Assembly: GCA_963703315.1 (NCBI GenBank) | Contig: OY969811.1 | Span: 2,144,001 to 2,208,000 of the forward strand | Length of the DNA stretch: 64,000 bases | Direction of reading: 5' to 3' | From: an uncultured cyanobacterium | GTDB taxonomy: Bacteria; Cyanobacteriota; Cyanobacteriia; Pseudanabaenales; Pseudanabaenaceae | Shown: positions 1 through 10,506 of the stretch, in pieces | Numbering within the stretch: position 1 is the stretch's first letter | Layout: each line of letters begins with the position of its first letter | The notes under the pieces: generated by a model | Told to the model about the DNA's origin: nothing | Databases searched by the model: none | Seen by the model: the letters and a program-made list of their open reading frames with translations, nothing else | Position numbers and translations under genes: made by a program

Positions 1-150
1 GCGCAATGCGCCCTTTTTTATTTATAGCAGCGATTGTATTCCCGCCTTCGGCGGGAATACAATCGCTGCTATAAGATAACCTTCTATTAATGTTCGTGGG
101 TTATGATTAATATTTTTGCAAACATACCAGTTTGAGAAAGTGAATAAAGA

Positions 151-2526
151 ATGCGATCGCTTGCTGCACTCATCAAAAACGCCTTACTTGACCTAGGTAT
201 TAAAGTAAATGTCACGCTCAGGCAAAAGCATCAAGAATTACATATTTTATTGGAGTCTACTTATTTTGGCGATCGCCAATTGTTAGTGGAGGCGATCGCT
301 AAATGTTGTCATGATTTTGATTATCGTGATATCAAAACAGCACGAATTTATGCATTTTGGTTTGGGCAGCCCTTACCGCAATGGATCGAAAAAATTGAAT
401 TTGCCGTTGATGAGGTTGCCATAGATTTTGCGCAAAAAGAACCTCAATCTGAGAATTTAGCTGTCAATAAGGAAAGCACAATTTGCGATCGCTTCATTGT
501 CTGTGGATTGGGGAGCCTCGGACAGCATTCTGTATTTAACTTAAAAAAGTTTGCCTATCGAGAATATGAAGTCAAAATTTGTGCGATCGACAAGGTACAG
601 CCAGAGATTATGGAGTTTGATAATTTTTCAGAACTTCTGGATCAAGCAATTATTTTGGGAGATTGTCGTCGTTCAGAAGTTTTGATTAAGGCAGGAATTG
701 ATAATTGTCGGGCGATCCTACTAGTTACTAGCAATGAGAATGTGAATATCGAAACTGCGATCGCTGCCCGTCGCCTCAATCCTAACGTGCATATTGTCGT
801 GCGATCTTCCCGCCAAAATCTCAACCAATTACTAAAAGAGCAACTAGGAAACTTTGTCGCCCTCGATCCTGTCGATCTGCCTGCGGCAGCCTTTGCTGTA
901 GCAGGATTAGGTGAAGGCACATTAGGATTGTTTCAACTAGGCGATCGCAAATTACGAGTAGTGGAATGCACAGTGGAAGCAGATAGCTATCGATTTTTGC
1001 GAACTCCCGCCTATCTACTCCACAAAAAGCATTCTCGCCTACTGAGTATTGCTGATCCCAACTCCGATCGCCTTTTCTTTCAATGGCAACCTGATCTGCT
1101 GATTGAAGTTGGAGAGAAAATAGCCTTTATTGAATATGTTGAGAATGATTTTACAGCGACTAGCCGCTATTCTCCCCTACCAGAACATCCTATTGATGAT
1201 CATCCTTCCGCATTTCAAAGACTGGCTCAACTAGTACAGCAAATTACAGGTTCAGGATTTTGGAAGTCTAAATGGCATCAGCTTAGCTCTTGGTTTCAAG
1301 CAGTGCGATCGCGCCGACTTGTTCTCTGGGGCATTATTACCGCAATTATCCTTTGGGGAATTAGCTCTATCATTTTATTCCTGAATGTGCCGAACCTTTC
1401 ATGGCAAAAGGCTATTTCCACAAGTATGATCTTGCTACTAGGCGGATTTGGTGATGTATTTGGTGGACTGGGTGAAGATCAAGTTCCTTTATGGGTAATG
1501 ATATTTTGCCTATTGGTTACTTTGATTAGCCTATTGTTTGTATTGGGAGTTTTGGGACTAATCGCTGACAGCATTCTCAGTGCTAAGTTTGAATTTTTTA
1601 AGCGATCGCTACCCTTGCCCACTCGCGATCATATTGTCCTGATTGGATTTGGCAGACTCGGACAGAGAATTGCCGATCTACTATTTAAGTTGCAACTTCC
1701 ATTTGTAATCGTCAGCGAAAATCCCCATGACTGTGATCTGGCGGACAAAGTACCTTGGGTCACTGGCAATATTATTGAAGAATTATCGAAGACTAATCTG
1801 GCTAGAGCGAAGAGTGTTCTTTCTGTTACCGATGATCAGATGCTGAATCTCGAAGCCGCCTTGCTAGCCCGTGATGCTGCCCAAAAGATTAATCGCCAGA
1901 TGAATCTCGCGATCCGTACCTACGATCGCTACTTTAGCGAAAATCTAGCCGAACTTCTCCCCAGTTCTCAATCATTGTGCGCCTATGCCCTGTCGGCTGA
2001 AGCCTTTGCAGGAGCAGCTTTTGGCGAAAATATGTTGAGTCTATTTCGCCTCAATCAACGCACGGTCTTAGTCGCTGAATATGTCATTGCTGAGAACGAT
2101 ACTTTAATTGGGAAAAATCTTTCGCAAATTGCCTATGGTTATACCGTTGTGCCAGTGTATTTAAAAACGGCACAACCAAAAGCTGATGGACATAGTGAGT
2201 TCTATATGCCATCCGATGATGAGGTGATGAAGGTAGGCGATCGCCTGACGATTTTAGCTTCCATTTCAGGACTACGGCGCATTGAGTTGGGCAATCTGCA
2301 TTCACCCAAACGTTGGCAATTACGCGCTAAGCCGCCTCTAAACTCTAGTGTGTTACTTGATGCTGGCAACAAGCTTAAAAATATTTCAGGTTGCGATCTC
2401 GAACTTGCCCGCCGATTTATGCAAAGTCTCCCTGCGGCGATCGAGCTTCCTATGTATGACCCGCAAGCCTATCGCTTAGGACAAGCTCTAATGAGACTCC
2501 TGCCAATCAAGATTTATCCTTTATAG
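151..2526 (+). CDS. TrkA-N/RCK domain potassium channel protein
   Basis: Two NAD-binding RCK motifs (FIVCGLGSLG, IVLIGFGRLG), a central 2-TM/pore-like segment (LLLGGFGD) and a TrkA-C-like C-terminal part. Confidence 0.85.
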   Translation: MRSLAALIKNALLDLGIKVNVTLRQKHQELHILLESTYFGDRQLLVEAIAKCCHDFDYRDIKTARIYAFWFGQPLPQWIEKIEFAVDEVAIDFAQKEPQSENLAVNKESTICDRFIVCGLGSLGQHSVFNLKKFAYREYEVKICAIDKVQPEIMEFDNFSELLDQAIILGDCRRSEVLIKAGIDNCRAILLVTSNENVNIETAIAARRLNPNVHIVVRSSRQNLNQLLKEQLGNFVALDPVDLPAAAFAVAGLGEGTLGLFQLGDRKLRVVECTVEADSYRFLRTPAYLLHKKHSRLLSIADPNSDRLFFQWQPDLLIEVGEKIAFIEYVENDFTATSRYSPLPEHPIDDHPSAFQRLAQLVQQITGSGFWKSKWHQLSSWFQAVRSRRLVLWGIITAIILWGISSIILFLNVPNLSWQKAISTSMILLLGGFGDVFGGLGEDQVPLWVMIFCLLVTLISLLFVLGVLGLIADSILSAKFEFFKRSLPLPTRDHIVLIGFGRLGQRIADLLFKLQLPFVIVSENPHDCDLADKVPWVTGNIIEELSKTNLARAKSVLSVTDDQMLNLEAALLARDAAQKINRQMNLAIRTYDRYFSENLAELLPSSQSLCAYALSAEAFAGAAFGENMLSLFRLNQRTVLVAEYVIAENDTLIGKNLSQIAYGYTVVPVYLKTAQPKADGHSEFYMPSDDEVMKVGDRLTILASISGLRRIELGNLHSPKRWQLRAKPPLNSSVLLDAGNKLKNISGCDLELARRFMQSLPAAIELPMYDPQAYRLGQALMRLLPIKIYPL

Positions 2527-2543
2527 CTGATCGCCTTTTGCAA

Positions 2544-2626
2544 AACAACGAGTGACGGCGCTTCGCGTCGTCACTCGTTGTTATAACGAAAAGAGAGTCG
2601 CGCCGCGACTCTCTTTTCGTTATAAC
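2544..2626. terminator. Two adjacent long hairpins between convergent genes; probable bidirectional terminator or REP-like elements
   Basis: AACAACGAGTGACGGCGC-TTC-GCGTCGTCACTCGTTGTT and ACGAAAAGAGAGTCGCG-C-CGCGACTCTCTTTTCGT. Confidence 0.6.
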
Positions 2627-5600
2627 CAACTACCAATGAGGACAAAGGAAGACCAGAAGTAGGGATGTTTGATATTTGTGAGAAGGCTATTTGGGGGTAG
2701 AGAAACTACTGGCAGATTGGGAATACCAATAATTTTGTTATTCTTAATCTCTACTTCACCTTTTAAAATTGCCAATTGAGCCTTTTGTAAGGCGATCGCT
2801 TTACTCGGTGCATCTTTAAAACGACTATAAAAACTCAGCATTAAAGGAACAGTACCCGCATCACTAACTTGCCAAAGAGAAGCTAAAACACTATTAGCAC
2901 CTGAATTTACAGCTAGTCCTCCAAGACCAAGATTATTACCCACTGCGGTTTGACAAGCACTCAATGTTAACATTTCCACATTGAGGTTAAGAGCGGGAAT
3001 TTGTTTAATATTGATGCGTTCATTGTAAAGTTGAATGAATGTACTATCAGCTTTGCTACTTACAAACTGGGCATGAGTTGCAAAATGGATAATTCCATAC
3101 TTCTTTTTCTGTCTCTGCAATTTGATGTTCTCAACTGTAAAAGCTTCATTCAAAAAAGCATCACCACTGAGTAAAGCTGGTTTTTGCATATTGCCAACGA
3201 GATTTTGGATCTCAGTACCTACCGCAGGTAATGCTGCAAATCCTTGCACAGCATCAGTTAACCCCATCGCTAATACTTGATTATTTGTGCGATCGCGGTT
3301 TTCTAGCTGCACTAACTGAAAACTAGGTACACTAGCGATCGCATATCTCTCAATTAGAAACTGTTTACCATCATGGAGTACTCCCACTGGAATCACCCGC
3401 AAATCTCCATCCATGACAAAAACGAGAGTGCTAATTTTTTGAGATTGGAGTACTGTATCAATCGGTTTAATGAGCCAATTGTAGAGTTTTTGAGCCTCAT
3501 CAAGATAGTCATCACTCTTTTGATCGAGTAGATTAGCTCGAAATTCAGCTATGACTGGAATGAGAATGTCTTTGGGACTATTGGCAACCTTTTTATGAAT
3601 GATTTTTCCATCTGGAAATACAACGGATATCTCTAGCCGATCGCCTTGCATGACAGGATAAACTAGTGCAGTCTGACTGCCTGTGAGTTTGGAAATCCTA
3701 GCTAATTGGGGTGCTGGTGCTTGGTCTAAAGGTGTTAAAGTTCTCTCTGTAAAAGCTTCTAGTTCAGAAATATAACGAGATTCAATTCTAGAAATTATCT
3801 CTAGTTCTTGATTACAATTAACAGTACAGCTTGGCAGTGGAGGTATTGGCTTAGTACAGTTAGTAATACATTCTATCGTGGGCGTGGGTGTTGGCGTTGG
3901 CGTTGGCGTTGGCGTTGGTGTCGGTGTTGTCGCTACATATTCAAAAGCACCGATATCGCGAATACCATTAGCAGCCGTACCAATTTGGTCGGTTGTGGTT
4001 GGAGTTGCTCCCCCTGCGGTGCTACTAGCATTAATGGCAATGCTTCCAGTCGTAAGGGCAAAGGTCTGAGTAGCACCGCCATTATTCGCAAGAGTAGTAT
4101 TAATCACCGTATTAGCTGCACCAGTTGGCACAATGGGAGTTCCCCCCGTAAATGAACCACTAATTCCATTTGATCCATTCGTGCCAATAATATTTGCGCC
4201 TGTAAAGTTGAAAGTACCGAAATTTGAAATTTCTTGTCCAGTTGATGCAGTGTTCCCAATTACAATGCTATTGGAAATCGTAGCATTGCTACTAGCTAAG
4301 TTGAGAATAGCACCACCAAAATTTGTTGCCGAATTGCCAAATAAGGTGCTGTTAGCCATTGTCCATGTTCCATTACTGCCATAAATAGCGCCTCCATTAT
4401 TTGCTGCATTGCTAGCAAAAGTACTGTTGGAAATCGCAGACGATGCTGTATTGTTAGCGATCGCACCGCCACTGTTAGTTGCTGAATTCCCAGAAAAAGT
4501 GCTGCTAGAGATGGTTGCGGTTCCATTATCGTTAGCAAATGCACCGCCAATATTTAGTGATGAATTCCCAGAGAAAGTACTGTTGCTGATTGTGGCTGTA
4601 CCCGTCTGATTGGCGATCGCACCACCACTATTGGTTGCCGAATTTCCAGAAAAAGTGCTATTGGCGATCGCCGCATTGATATTATTGATGTAAATAGCGC
4701 CGCCATTTGTTGCCGAGTTGTTAGAGAAAGTACTATTGGCGATCGTGAGTGTTCCATTAGATGTGTTAATAGCACCGCCCCGAAAGCTTGCCGAATTATT
4801 AGAGAAAGTGCTGTTGGTAATGGTGACCACACCACTGCTTGATATAGCACCACCGCTACTTAGTGAAGAATTTCCAGAGAAATTGCTGTTGTTGATATTG
4901 ATGACTGAGCCTGTATTCAGCAATATGCCCCCACCATTATTTGAATCAGAATATCCATTAGCCACAGTCAAATTATTCATATTGACAACGCTGTTTGTGA
5001 CATTCCCAATGTTAAAAATTTGAAAAGCATTGTTGCCGCTAACTGTTGTATTTGCTGCCCCTACACCATTCAGGGTGAGATTTTTATTGATAGTAATTGT
5101 TGAGCCTAACGTATAGGTTGCTGCTGCCAGATTAACCGTTCCACCAATCGCTACAGCATCTAAACCGTTCTGCACCTTCCCCCCAGCACCAACATTCACA
5201 GTCGTCGCAGTCCCTGACAATACACCTCCAGTAAAGAGAATAATCGGCGCATTAAGATTAGTTGTCGGTGCTGTCAGTGTCAAATTACTTGGCAAAAAAT
5301 TGCCACTCGCATCGATCGCCGCATTAACTGTTATCGAATTTGTGGCAGTCAAATTGACATTAGTAGAATAGAGCGCAGCCACAATCGTTGAGCTATCGAT
5401 GGTGCTATCACCCGTACTGTTATCCCCAAACATATCAATCGAACCCGTTCCACCACTTCCCACGACTGTTAAATCCGTCGGATCAAGTAGCCAAGTTCCA
5501 AAAGTACCTTGCAGAGCCGAAGTATTTACGGATGCAGTATTGCCAATAGAGAGATTAATTTTGCCAGAAGTCTCAACTAAGCCCCCATTACCACTCAGAG

Positions 5601-6705
5601 AGCCACCCTTTGCGGAGATCGTACCATCGAAAGCAGTCGTACCATCCGACCAGACAATGACTTTACCGCCATTACCCGTCGTCAAAGCATCAGCATAAAT
5701 AGAGCTGTTAGCATTAACCGTCGTAAATATAGACGTAGGCGTAGTGCCAGTACCTTGATAGTCTCCACCAATCAAAACTGTGCCGCCGCCATTAGTTCCA
5801 GACGCATTAATATTGGCATTGACTAAACTGACATCATTTCCCAAAACTTGGACATTACCACCGTTATTACCTGAAGTATCCAAGTTTCCCGAAGCGATCG
5901 CGGTTCCTGCGGACTTACCCGTAAGTAAACTCGGTAAATTTACCCCCTGTAACACTGGCGCATTCCCCAGAGCTTGTTGATCCGCGATCGGTAATTCCAG
6001 ACTAAGGACATTGCCCTCATTGGTGATTTTGATAAATTTGTTGTCAGGTGTGGCGGCGATCGTGATTTTGCCTGACGATGCAGCGATCGTGCCTGTGTTT
6101 ACAACCATGCCCCCAACGAGAGTGACACTTTTGCCAGTATTGACACTCAGATTTCCCTGATTCAGGATTACACCAGATGTTGAGCCGAAACTTGGCAAAG
6201 TGCTAGTAAAACCATAGCCATTAATATTTCCAGTCAATTGACTAATATCATTAACATTGCTGTTGATACCAAACCAGCCATTTCCTACTTGAATCCCTGT
6301 TGCTGTCGTTGCCGAGAAATTGGCTGGTACATTTAAACTTGCATTAGCTCCAAAGATGATTCCCGCAGGGTTCAGAATAAACAGATTAGAATTTCCCCCT
6401 GTCACTTGGATTAATCCATTGATTACAGAAGCTTCCCCTCCAGTAACACGAGTTAAAATATTCTGAACGCTGGGATTGCTCAGAAAGTTAGCAATTTCTC
6501 CTGCTGATAGTCCTAGTTTTTGCAAGCTATGGAATAAGTTTGTACCTGCTTGAGTCCCACCAGAAATATTGTATTGATTCCCTATTTGATTAACATTTGT
6601 ATTTAGTCCATCATTGGCAGGCGTAATGTTTTGAGCAACGACACTATTCGCTGAAATCAATGTAAATGATGCAAGAATAAACCTGAGAGAATGCTTTACA
6701 ATCAT
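2620..6705 (-). CDS. Filamentous haemagglutinin N-terminal (TPS) protein with Pmp-like GGAI/FxxN repeats and a C-terminal CHAT domain
   Basis: Signal peptide; NLFHS and NPAGIIFG TPS motifs; repeated FSxNSAxxGGAI; PT linker; CHAT motifs HFATHA, LSACQTA, HPYFWSSFVLIG. Confidence 0.9.
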   Translation of the reverse strand: MIVKHSLRFILASFTLISANSVVAQNITPANDGLNTNVNQIGNQYNISGGTQAGTNLFHSLQKLGLSAGEIANFLSNPSVQNILTRVTGGEASVINGLIQVTGGNSNLFILNPAGIIFGANASLNVPANFSATTATGIQVGNGWFGINSNVNDISQLTGNINGYGFTSTLPSFGSTSGVILNQGNLSVNTGKSVTLVGGMVVNTGTIAASSGKITIAATPDNKFIKITNEGNVLSLELPIADQQALGNAPVLQGVNLPSLLTGKSAGTAIASGNLDTSGNNGGNVQVLGNDVSLVNANINASGTNGGGTVLIGGDYQGTGTTPTSIFTTVNANSSIYADALTTGNGGKVIVWSDGTTAFDGTISAKGGSLSGNGGLVETSGKINLSIGNTASVNTSALQGTFGTWLLDPTDLTVVGSGGTGSIDMFGDNSTGDSTIDSSTIVAALYSTNVNLTATNSITVNAAIDASGNFLPSNLTLTAPTTNLNAPIILFTGGVLSGTATTVNVGAGGKVQNGLDAVAIGGTVNLAAATYTLGSTITINKNLTLNGVGAANTTVSGNNAFQIFNIGNVTNSVVNMNNLTVANGYSDSNNGGGILLNTGSVININNSNFSGNSSLSSGGAISSSGVVTITNSTFSNNSASFRGGAINTSNGTLTIANSTFSNNSATNGGAIYINNINAAIANSTFSGNSATNSGGAIANQTGTATISNSTFSGNSSLNIGGAFANDNGTATISSSTFSGNSATNSGGAIANNTASSAISNSTFASNAANNGGAIYGSNGTWTMANSTLFGNSATNFGGAILNLASSNATISNSIVIGNTASTGQEISNFGTFNFTGANIIGTNGSNGISGSFTGGTPIVPTGAANTVINTTLANNGGATQTFALTTGSIAINASSTAGGATPTTTDQIGTAANGIRDIGAFEYVATTPTPTPTPTPTPTPTPTIECITNCTKPIPPLPSCTVNCNQELEIISRIESRYISELEAFTERTLTPLDQAPAPQLARISKLTGSQTALVYPVMQGDRLEISVVFPDGKIIHKKVANSPKDILIPVIAEFRANLLDQKSDDYLDEAQKLYNWLIKPIDTVLQSQKISTLVFVMDGDLRVIPVGVLHDGKQFLIERYAIASVPSFQLVQLENRDRTNNQVLAMGLTDAVQGFAALPAVGTEIQNLVGNMQKPALLSGDAFLNEAFTVENIKLQRQKKKYGIIHFATHAQFVSSKADSTFIQLYNERINIKQIPALNLNVEMLTLSACQTAVGNNLGLGGLAVNSGANSVLASLWQVSDAGTVPLMLSFYSRFKDAPSKAIALQKAQLAILKGEVEIKNNKIIGIPNLPVVSLPPNSLLTNIKHPYFWSSFVLIGSWL

Positions 6706-6779
6706 TGGTTTTTGCAGGATAAATTTCAGTTATAACTACCGCCATTTGCATCAGGATACTATAGCGGTAGCCAGTTAAG

Positions 6780-6876
6780 TATAGCTGTCGCGATTTGTAC
6801 TAGGACAAATGAAGGGCAAGGTGTGGCGCTTCGCGCCGCATCTTGCTCGATCCTAATAAAACTGGCGACAGCTATA
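6780..6876. mobile_element. TA-flanked MITE-like element with a central GCTTCGC hairpin
   Basis: TA|TAGCTGTCGC ... GCGACAGCTA|TA. Confidence 0.6.
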
Positions 6877-6991
6877 TTAATTTTCAATCAACTTTTATAG
6901 TCATCAATACTCTGTCAAGTTATCTTAAAGATTAGAGTATGTTGCTTGGCAGTATAACTCTAAGTGTCAATTTATTGAGGTTTTACAAATT

Positions 6992-8476
6992 TTGATTACA
7001 GCTACACCGTCAAGCTTTGTCACCTCTGATTTTCCCGCCATCTGCGGTAACGAAGAAGTAATTCAACTTGCTGTCCAAGAAGATGCCCCTGTCTTTCTAG
7101 ATCATCAGAATCTCTGCCTCGAAGAGATTACTTCTGCTTTTGCTTGTGCTTTGCATATGCATCAACCTACGATTCCCGCAGGAGCAAATGGAGCGCTAAT
7201 TTGTAACCTTCAGAATATGTTTGAACATCAAGGTGAAGGTGATAATCATAACGCTTCTGTATTTGCGTGGTGCTATAGCCGTATGGGTGACTTCATTCCG
7301 CAGCTAGTTGCACAGGGGAGCAATCCTCGGATTATGTTGGACTATTCGGGCAATTTGCTTTGGGGCTTGCAGCAGATGCAACGCCATGACATTTTGGATA
7401 ATCTCAAACGGATTACCTGCGATCGCCAATATCAGCCCTATGTCGAATGGCTAGGAACAATGTGGAGTCATGCCGTGATTCCATCTACTCCCATTCCTGA
7501 TATTAAGTTACATATTCAAGCATGGCAAAGTCATTTTGCTTCGATATTTGGAATTGATGCCCTCAAGCGCGTTAAAGGTTTTTCACCCCCTGAGATGCAT
7601 CTTCCCAATCATCCTGATACCCTCTATGAATATATCAAAGCGCTCAAAGAATGTGGTTATCGTTGGCTGATGGTGCAGGAGCATTCTGTAGAATGTCTAG
7701 ATGGTTCAGGATTAACTCAAGATCAGAAATATATACCAAATCGTTTAGTGGCAAGGAATTCTCAGGGTGAATCCATTAGTATCACAGCGCTGATTAAAAC
7801 TCAAGGCTCTGATACCAAACTTGTTGCCCAGATGCAGCCTTACCATGAGGCAAAGGGTCGTGGCAGACAGATGCTTGGTAATATCTCTGTACCTTCGCTA
7901 GTTACCCAAATTGCCGATGGAGAGAATGGCGGTGTAATGATGAATGAATTCCCCCGTGATTATCCTTTAGTTTGGGATCAGCTTAAAAATAATGGTCGTG
8001 GCACTTCAGGAGTGGTCGGGCTAAATGGAACTGAGTATTTAGAACTAATTGAAGCGGCAGGTGTCAGTCCGCTCGATTATCCTGAAGTTCAGGCAGTGCA
8101 ACAACACAAAGTGTGGAATAAGATTGATCAAATGGGCGATCGCCAAAATCTCAATCCTGCTGCTGTAGAACAGGCAATTAAGGAACTCAAAGCGAATGAC
8201 CATCAATTTCACATGGATGGAGCGTCATGGACAAATAGTATGAGTTGGGTCAATGGTTATGAAAATGTATTAGAACCAATGAACCAACTCAGTGCCAAGT
8301 TCCATGAAAAATATGATGCGTTGGTAGCGCAAGATCCTGCGACTACTAAGCGATCGGACTATCAGCAAGCCTTGCTTTACAATCTCCTCGTCCAAACTAG
8401 TTGCTTCCGTTATTGGGGACAGGGAACTTGGACAGACTATGCCCGCGAACTCTATCGGCGCGGTGAAGCTTTGTAG
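6992..8476 (+). CDS. Glycoside hydrolase family 57 protein
   Basis: LHMHQP motif, GFSPPEM nucleophile region and DGENGG; TTG start. Confidence 0.8.
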   Translation: MITATPSSFVTSDFPAICGNEEVIQLAVQEDAPVFLDHQNLCLEEITSAFACALHMHQPTIPAGANGALICNLQNMFEHQGEGDNHNASVFAWCYSRMGDFIPQLVAQGSNPRIMLDYSGNLLWGLQQMQRHDILDNLKRITCDRQYQPYVEWLGTMWSHAVIPSTPIPDIKLHIQAWQSHFASIFGIDALKRVKGFSPPEMHLPNHPDTLYEYIKALKECGYRWLMVQEHSVECLDGSGLTQDQKYIPNRLVARNSQGESISITALIKTQGSDTKLVAQMQPYHEAKGRGRQMLGNISVPSLVTQIADGENGGVMMNEFPRDYPLVWDQLKNNGRGTSGVVGLNGTEYLELIEAAGVSPLDYPEVQAVQQHKVWNKIDQMGDRQNLNPAAVEQAIKELKANDHQFHMDGASWTNSMSWVNGYENVLEPMNQLSAKFHEKYDALVAQDPATTKRSDYQQALLYNLLVQTSCFRYWGQGTWTDYARELYRRGEAL

Positions 8477-8682
8477 TTCTCTTTGTAATCCAAAGTCGGC
8501 ATTTAGTGCCGACTACTAGGTGAACTGGTTTCTGTAGTTTTGCAGTCTTAAGATATTTTTTCTTAGACTATTTTGTTTTTTCAGAATTTCCTGTCTGTGG
8601 AGTTAATAGCCTTTTATTTTTATAACTGATGACATATCCTAGAATCATATAAATCATATAACTGATGTATAGAAAAGTGTAA

Positions 8683-9060
8683 ATGAATAAAAGAAAAGAT
8701 GCCAGATCCTTGCTACTCATTTCAGTGTGCCACTATATATATGGTGGTATGTTTCTAGTGCTTTGTATGGCAATCGTTTTATTGAATTTAGATGGCATAA
8801 AAAGCATGATTGATGCAATACCCAAAACAACGACAGTATTAATTTTCTTGGGTATTTTATTAATTATTCTTTTAACTTTCTCTATTTGTTTAATCACATC
8901 AGGCTATTTCATATACAAAAGAAAACGCTATCAATTTAGTTGGAATGTTGCACAGATGTTGATCGCCGTTTTCCCTTGGGGGACAATATTAGGATTTTTT
9001 ACTCTTTATGTCCTATCAAAGGAATCTACAAAGTCTTTGTATGAAATAAAGAGACAATAG
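8683..9060 (+). CDS. Hypothetical membrane protein
   Basis: 125-aa ORF with about 3 hydrophobic segments and an FPWGTILG motif. Confidence 0.6.
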   Translation: MNKRKDARSLLLISVCHYIYGGMFLVLCMAIVLLNLDGIKSMIDAIPKTTTVLIFLGILLIILLTFSICLITSGYFIYKRKRYQFSWNVAQMLIAVFPWGTILGFFTLYVLSKESTKSLYEIKRQ

Positions 9061-9104
9061 AACATTAATCTTGGCAAAATTTCCCTAGAATCCTATGCGA
9101 TCGC

Positions 9105-9201
9105 GGCACTGGTCATTTAGTGAGGGATAAGTGCTGAAATGCACATTTCATGCCGACAAAAAGACGTAAACACGTCGATCAAGATTTAGCTGACCAGTGC
9201 T
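9105..9201. mobile_element. Miniature non-autonomous element or remnant with the same ends as the IS1-family element at 33461-34527
   Basis: Starts GGCACTGGTCATT and ends GATTTAGCTGACCAGTGC(T), matching the IS ends GGCACTGGTCATT and GATTTAACTGACCAGTGCC. Confidence 0.75.
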
Positions 9202-9299
9202 GATTTGCCAATTGATGCAATTTGTGAAAATGTTGCGTCAAATGTCGAACAGGCGATCGCTTGTTCTGCCAAATCAGGGCTTACGCAAAAGAACGAAAT

Positions 9300-9372
9300 G
9301 TAGGGGCTTAGCATTTGTGCCACAATCTAAAAAAACACCACAGAAATCTCGATCCACAAATGCTAAGCCCTC
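9300..9372. repeat. GTAG-type REP-like inverted repeat pair
   Basis: GTAGGGGCTTAGCATTTGTG ... CACAAATGCTAAGCCCT. Confidence 0.55.
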
Positions 9373-9445
9373 TGTGCTTATCCCTGAGTTGCAAGGTTTG
9401 GGGTAGACAAAGCGCTAATATCTTCACAGATGACAAGGTATATCT

Positions 9446-9862
9446 ATGAGCCGTTATCCTAAACGCGATCGCCTGATTGAAAAGCCAGAACAAATATCGC
9501 GTGACTCGACGCAAGAGCGCATTGAGATGTTTTTTTGCTTAATGCCAGTTTTCGGGCTGATCCCCTCGGCGATCGCTTTGGTGCGTCAGAGAAGTAGTCG
9601 TAAAGTACGCGATGTTAGCCAAGTGGCGATCGCTTTGATGATTACTTGGGCGATCGCCTATAGCTCGATGGGCAGTACAGATGGTGTGCAAGTTACTACC
9701 GAATTACTTAAAGCATCCTTAAGTTCAGGCTACTTTGCTGTTTGTATGTATTTGATGTATCGGTTATACCGCCATCAGGCGATCGCTTTGCCTTGGTTGA
9801 GTAGCATTTTAGAAAGTAAAGAATCGCGATCGGCAAAACGTGATCAAAAGCCTGATAATTAA
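9446..9862 (+). CDS. Hypothetical membrane protein
   Basis: 138-aa ORF with about 3 TM segments. Confidence 0.65.
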   Translation: MSRYPKRDRLIEKPEQISRDSTQERIEMFFCLMPVFGLIPSAIALVRQRSSRKVRDVSQVAIALMITWAIAYSSMGSTDGVQVTTELLKASLSSGYFAVCMYLMYRLYRHQAIALPWLSSILESKESRSAKRDQKPDN

Positions 9863-9943
9863 AACCTGTTTACACAAATCGATGATTAGTAATGCTTGGC
9901 ATTGTTAATCATCGCCAGACTTAAATTTCAGGAGGATAATTTT

Positions 9944-10369
9944 ATGGCTTTACAAAATGGTAGACGTGCGGCTGGAGGTTTTATCAAAGACTTTCAGGCT
10001 TTTATCTTAAAAGGCAATGTGATCGATCTCGCGGTTGCGGTCATCATTGGTGGTGCATTCGGTAAAATTGTCACTTCTTTAATTGAGGACATCATCACGC
10101 CTGTATTGCTAAATCCTGCACTTAAAGCTGCCAATGTTGAGGATCTAGCCAAGCTCCAATTTAATGGTGTCAAGTACGGTGTGTTTCTTGCCGCCGTAAT
10201 TAATTTTCTAGTGATCGCCTTTGTGATCTTCTTGATTATTCGTTCCTTTGAAGCGGCAAAGCGCAAAGAAAAGCGTGAAGAAGAGGCAACCCCTGAGGTT
10301 AAGCCCGATCCTCAAGAACGCTTGACTCTAGCGGTTGAACGCTTAGCCGAAGTGATGGAATCCAAATAG
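9944..10369 (+). CDS. mscL: Large-conductance mechanosensitive channel
   Basis: FxxFILKGNVIDLAVAVIIGGAFGKIVTSL signature; ATG at 9944 preceded by GGAGG. Confidence 0.97.
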   Translation: MALQNGRRAAGGFIKDFQAFILKGNVIDLAVAVIIGGAFGKIVTSLIEDIITPVLLNPALKAANVEDLAKLQFNGVKYGVFLAAVINFLVIAFVIFLIIRSFEAAKRKEKREEEATPEVKPDPQERLTLAVERLAEVMESK

Positions 10370-10506
10370 AATATATGGGGGTGCTTAGGGACTAAAGAAC
10401 CGATTTTTAGAAGCGCGGCTTCGCCGTACTTCTAAAAATAAGTCGCAAAAACCTTAGCACCCATATTATTTGATTGAGAAAGATACCTCTAGACTGCTTG
10501 CAAATC

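Noticed and set aside
3808..5980. Several plus-strand and alternate-frame ORFs
   Set aside because: They are shadows of the repetitive FHA-CHAT gene.
9197..9514. Short ORFs at 9197-9406 and 9308-9514
   Set aside because: They overlap REP/MITE-like DNA and show no recognisable motifs.
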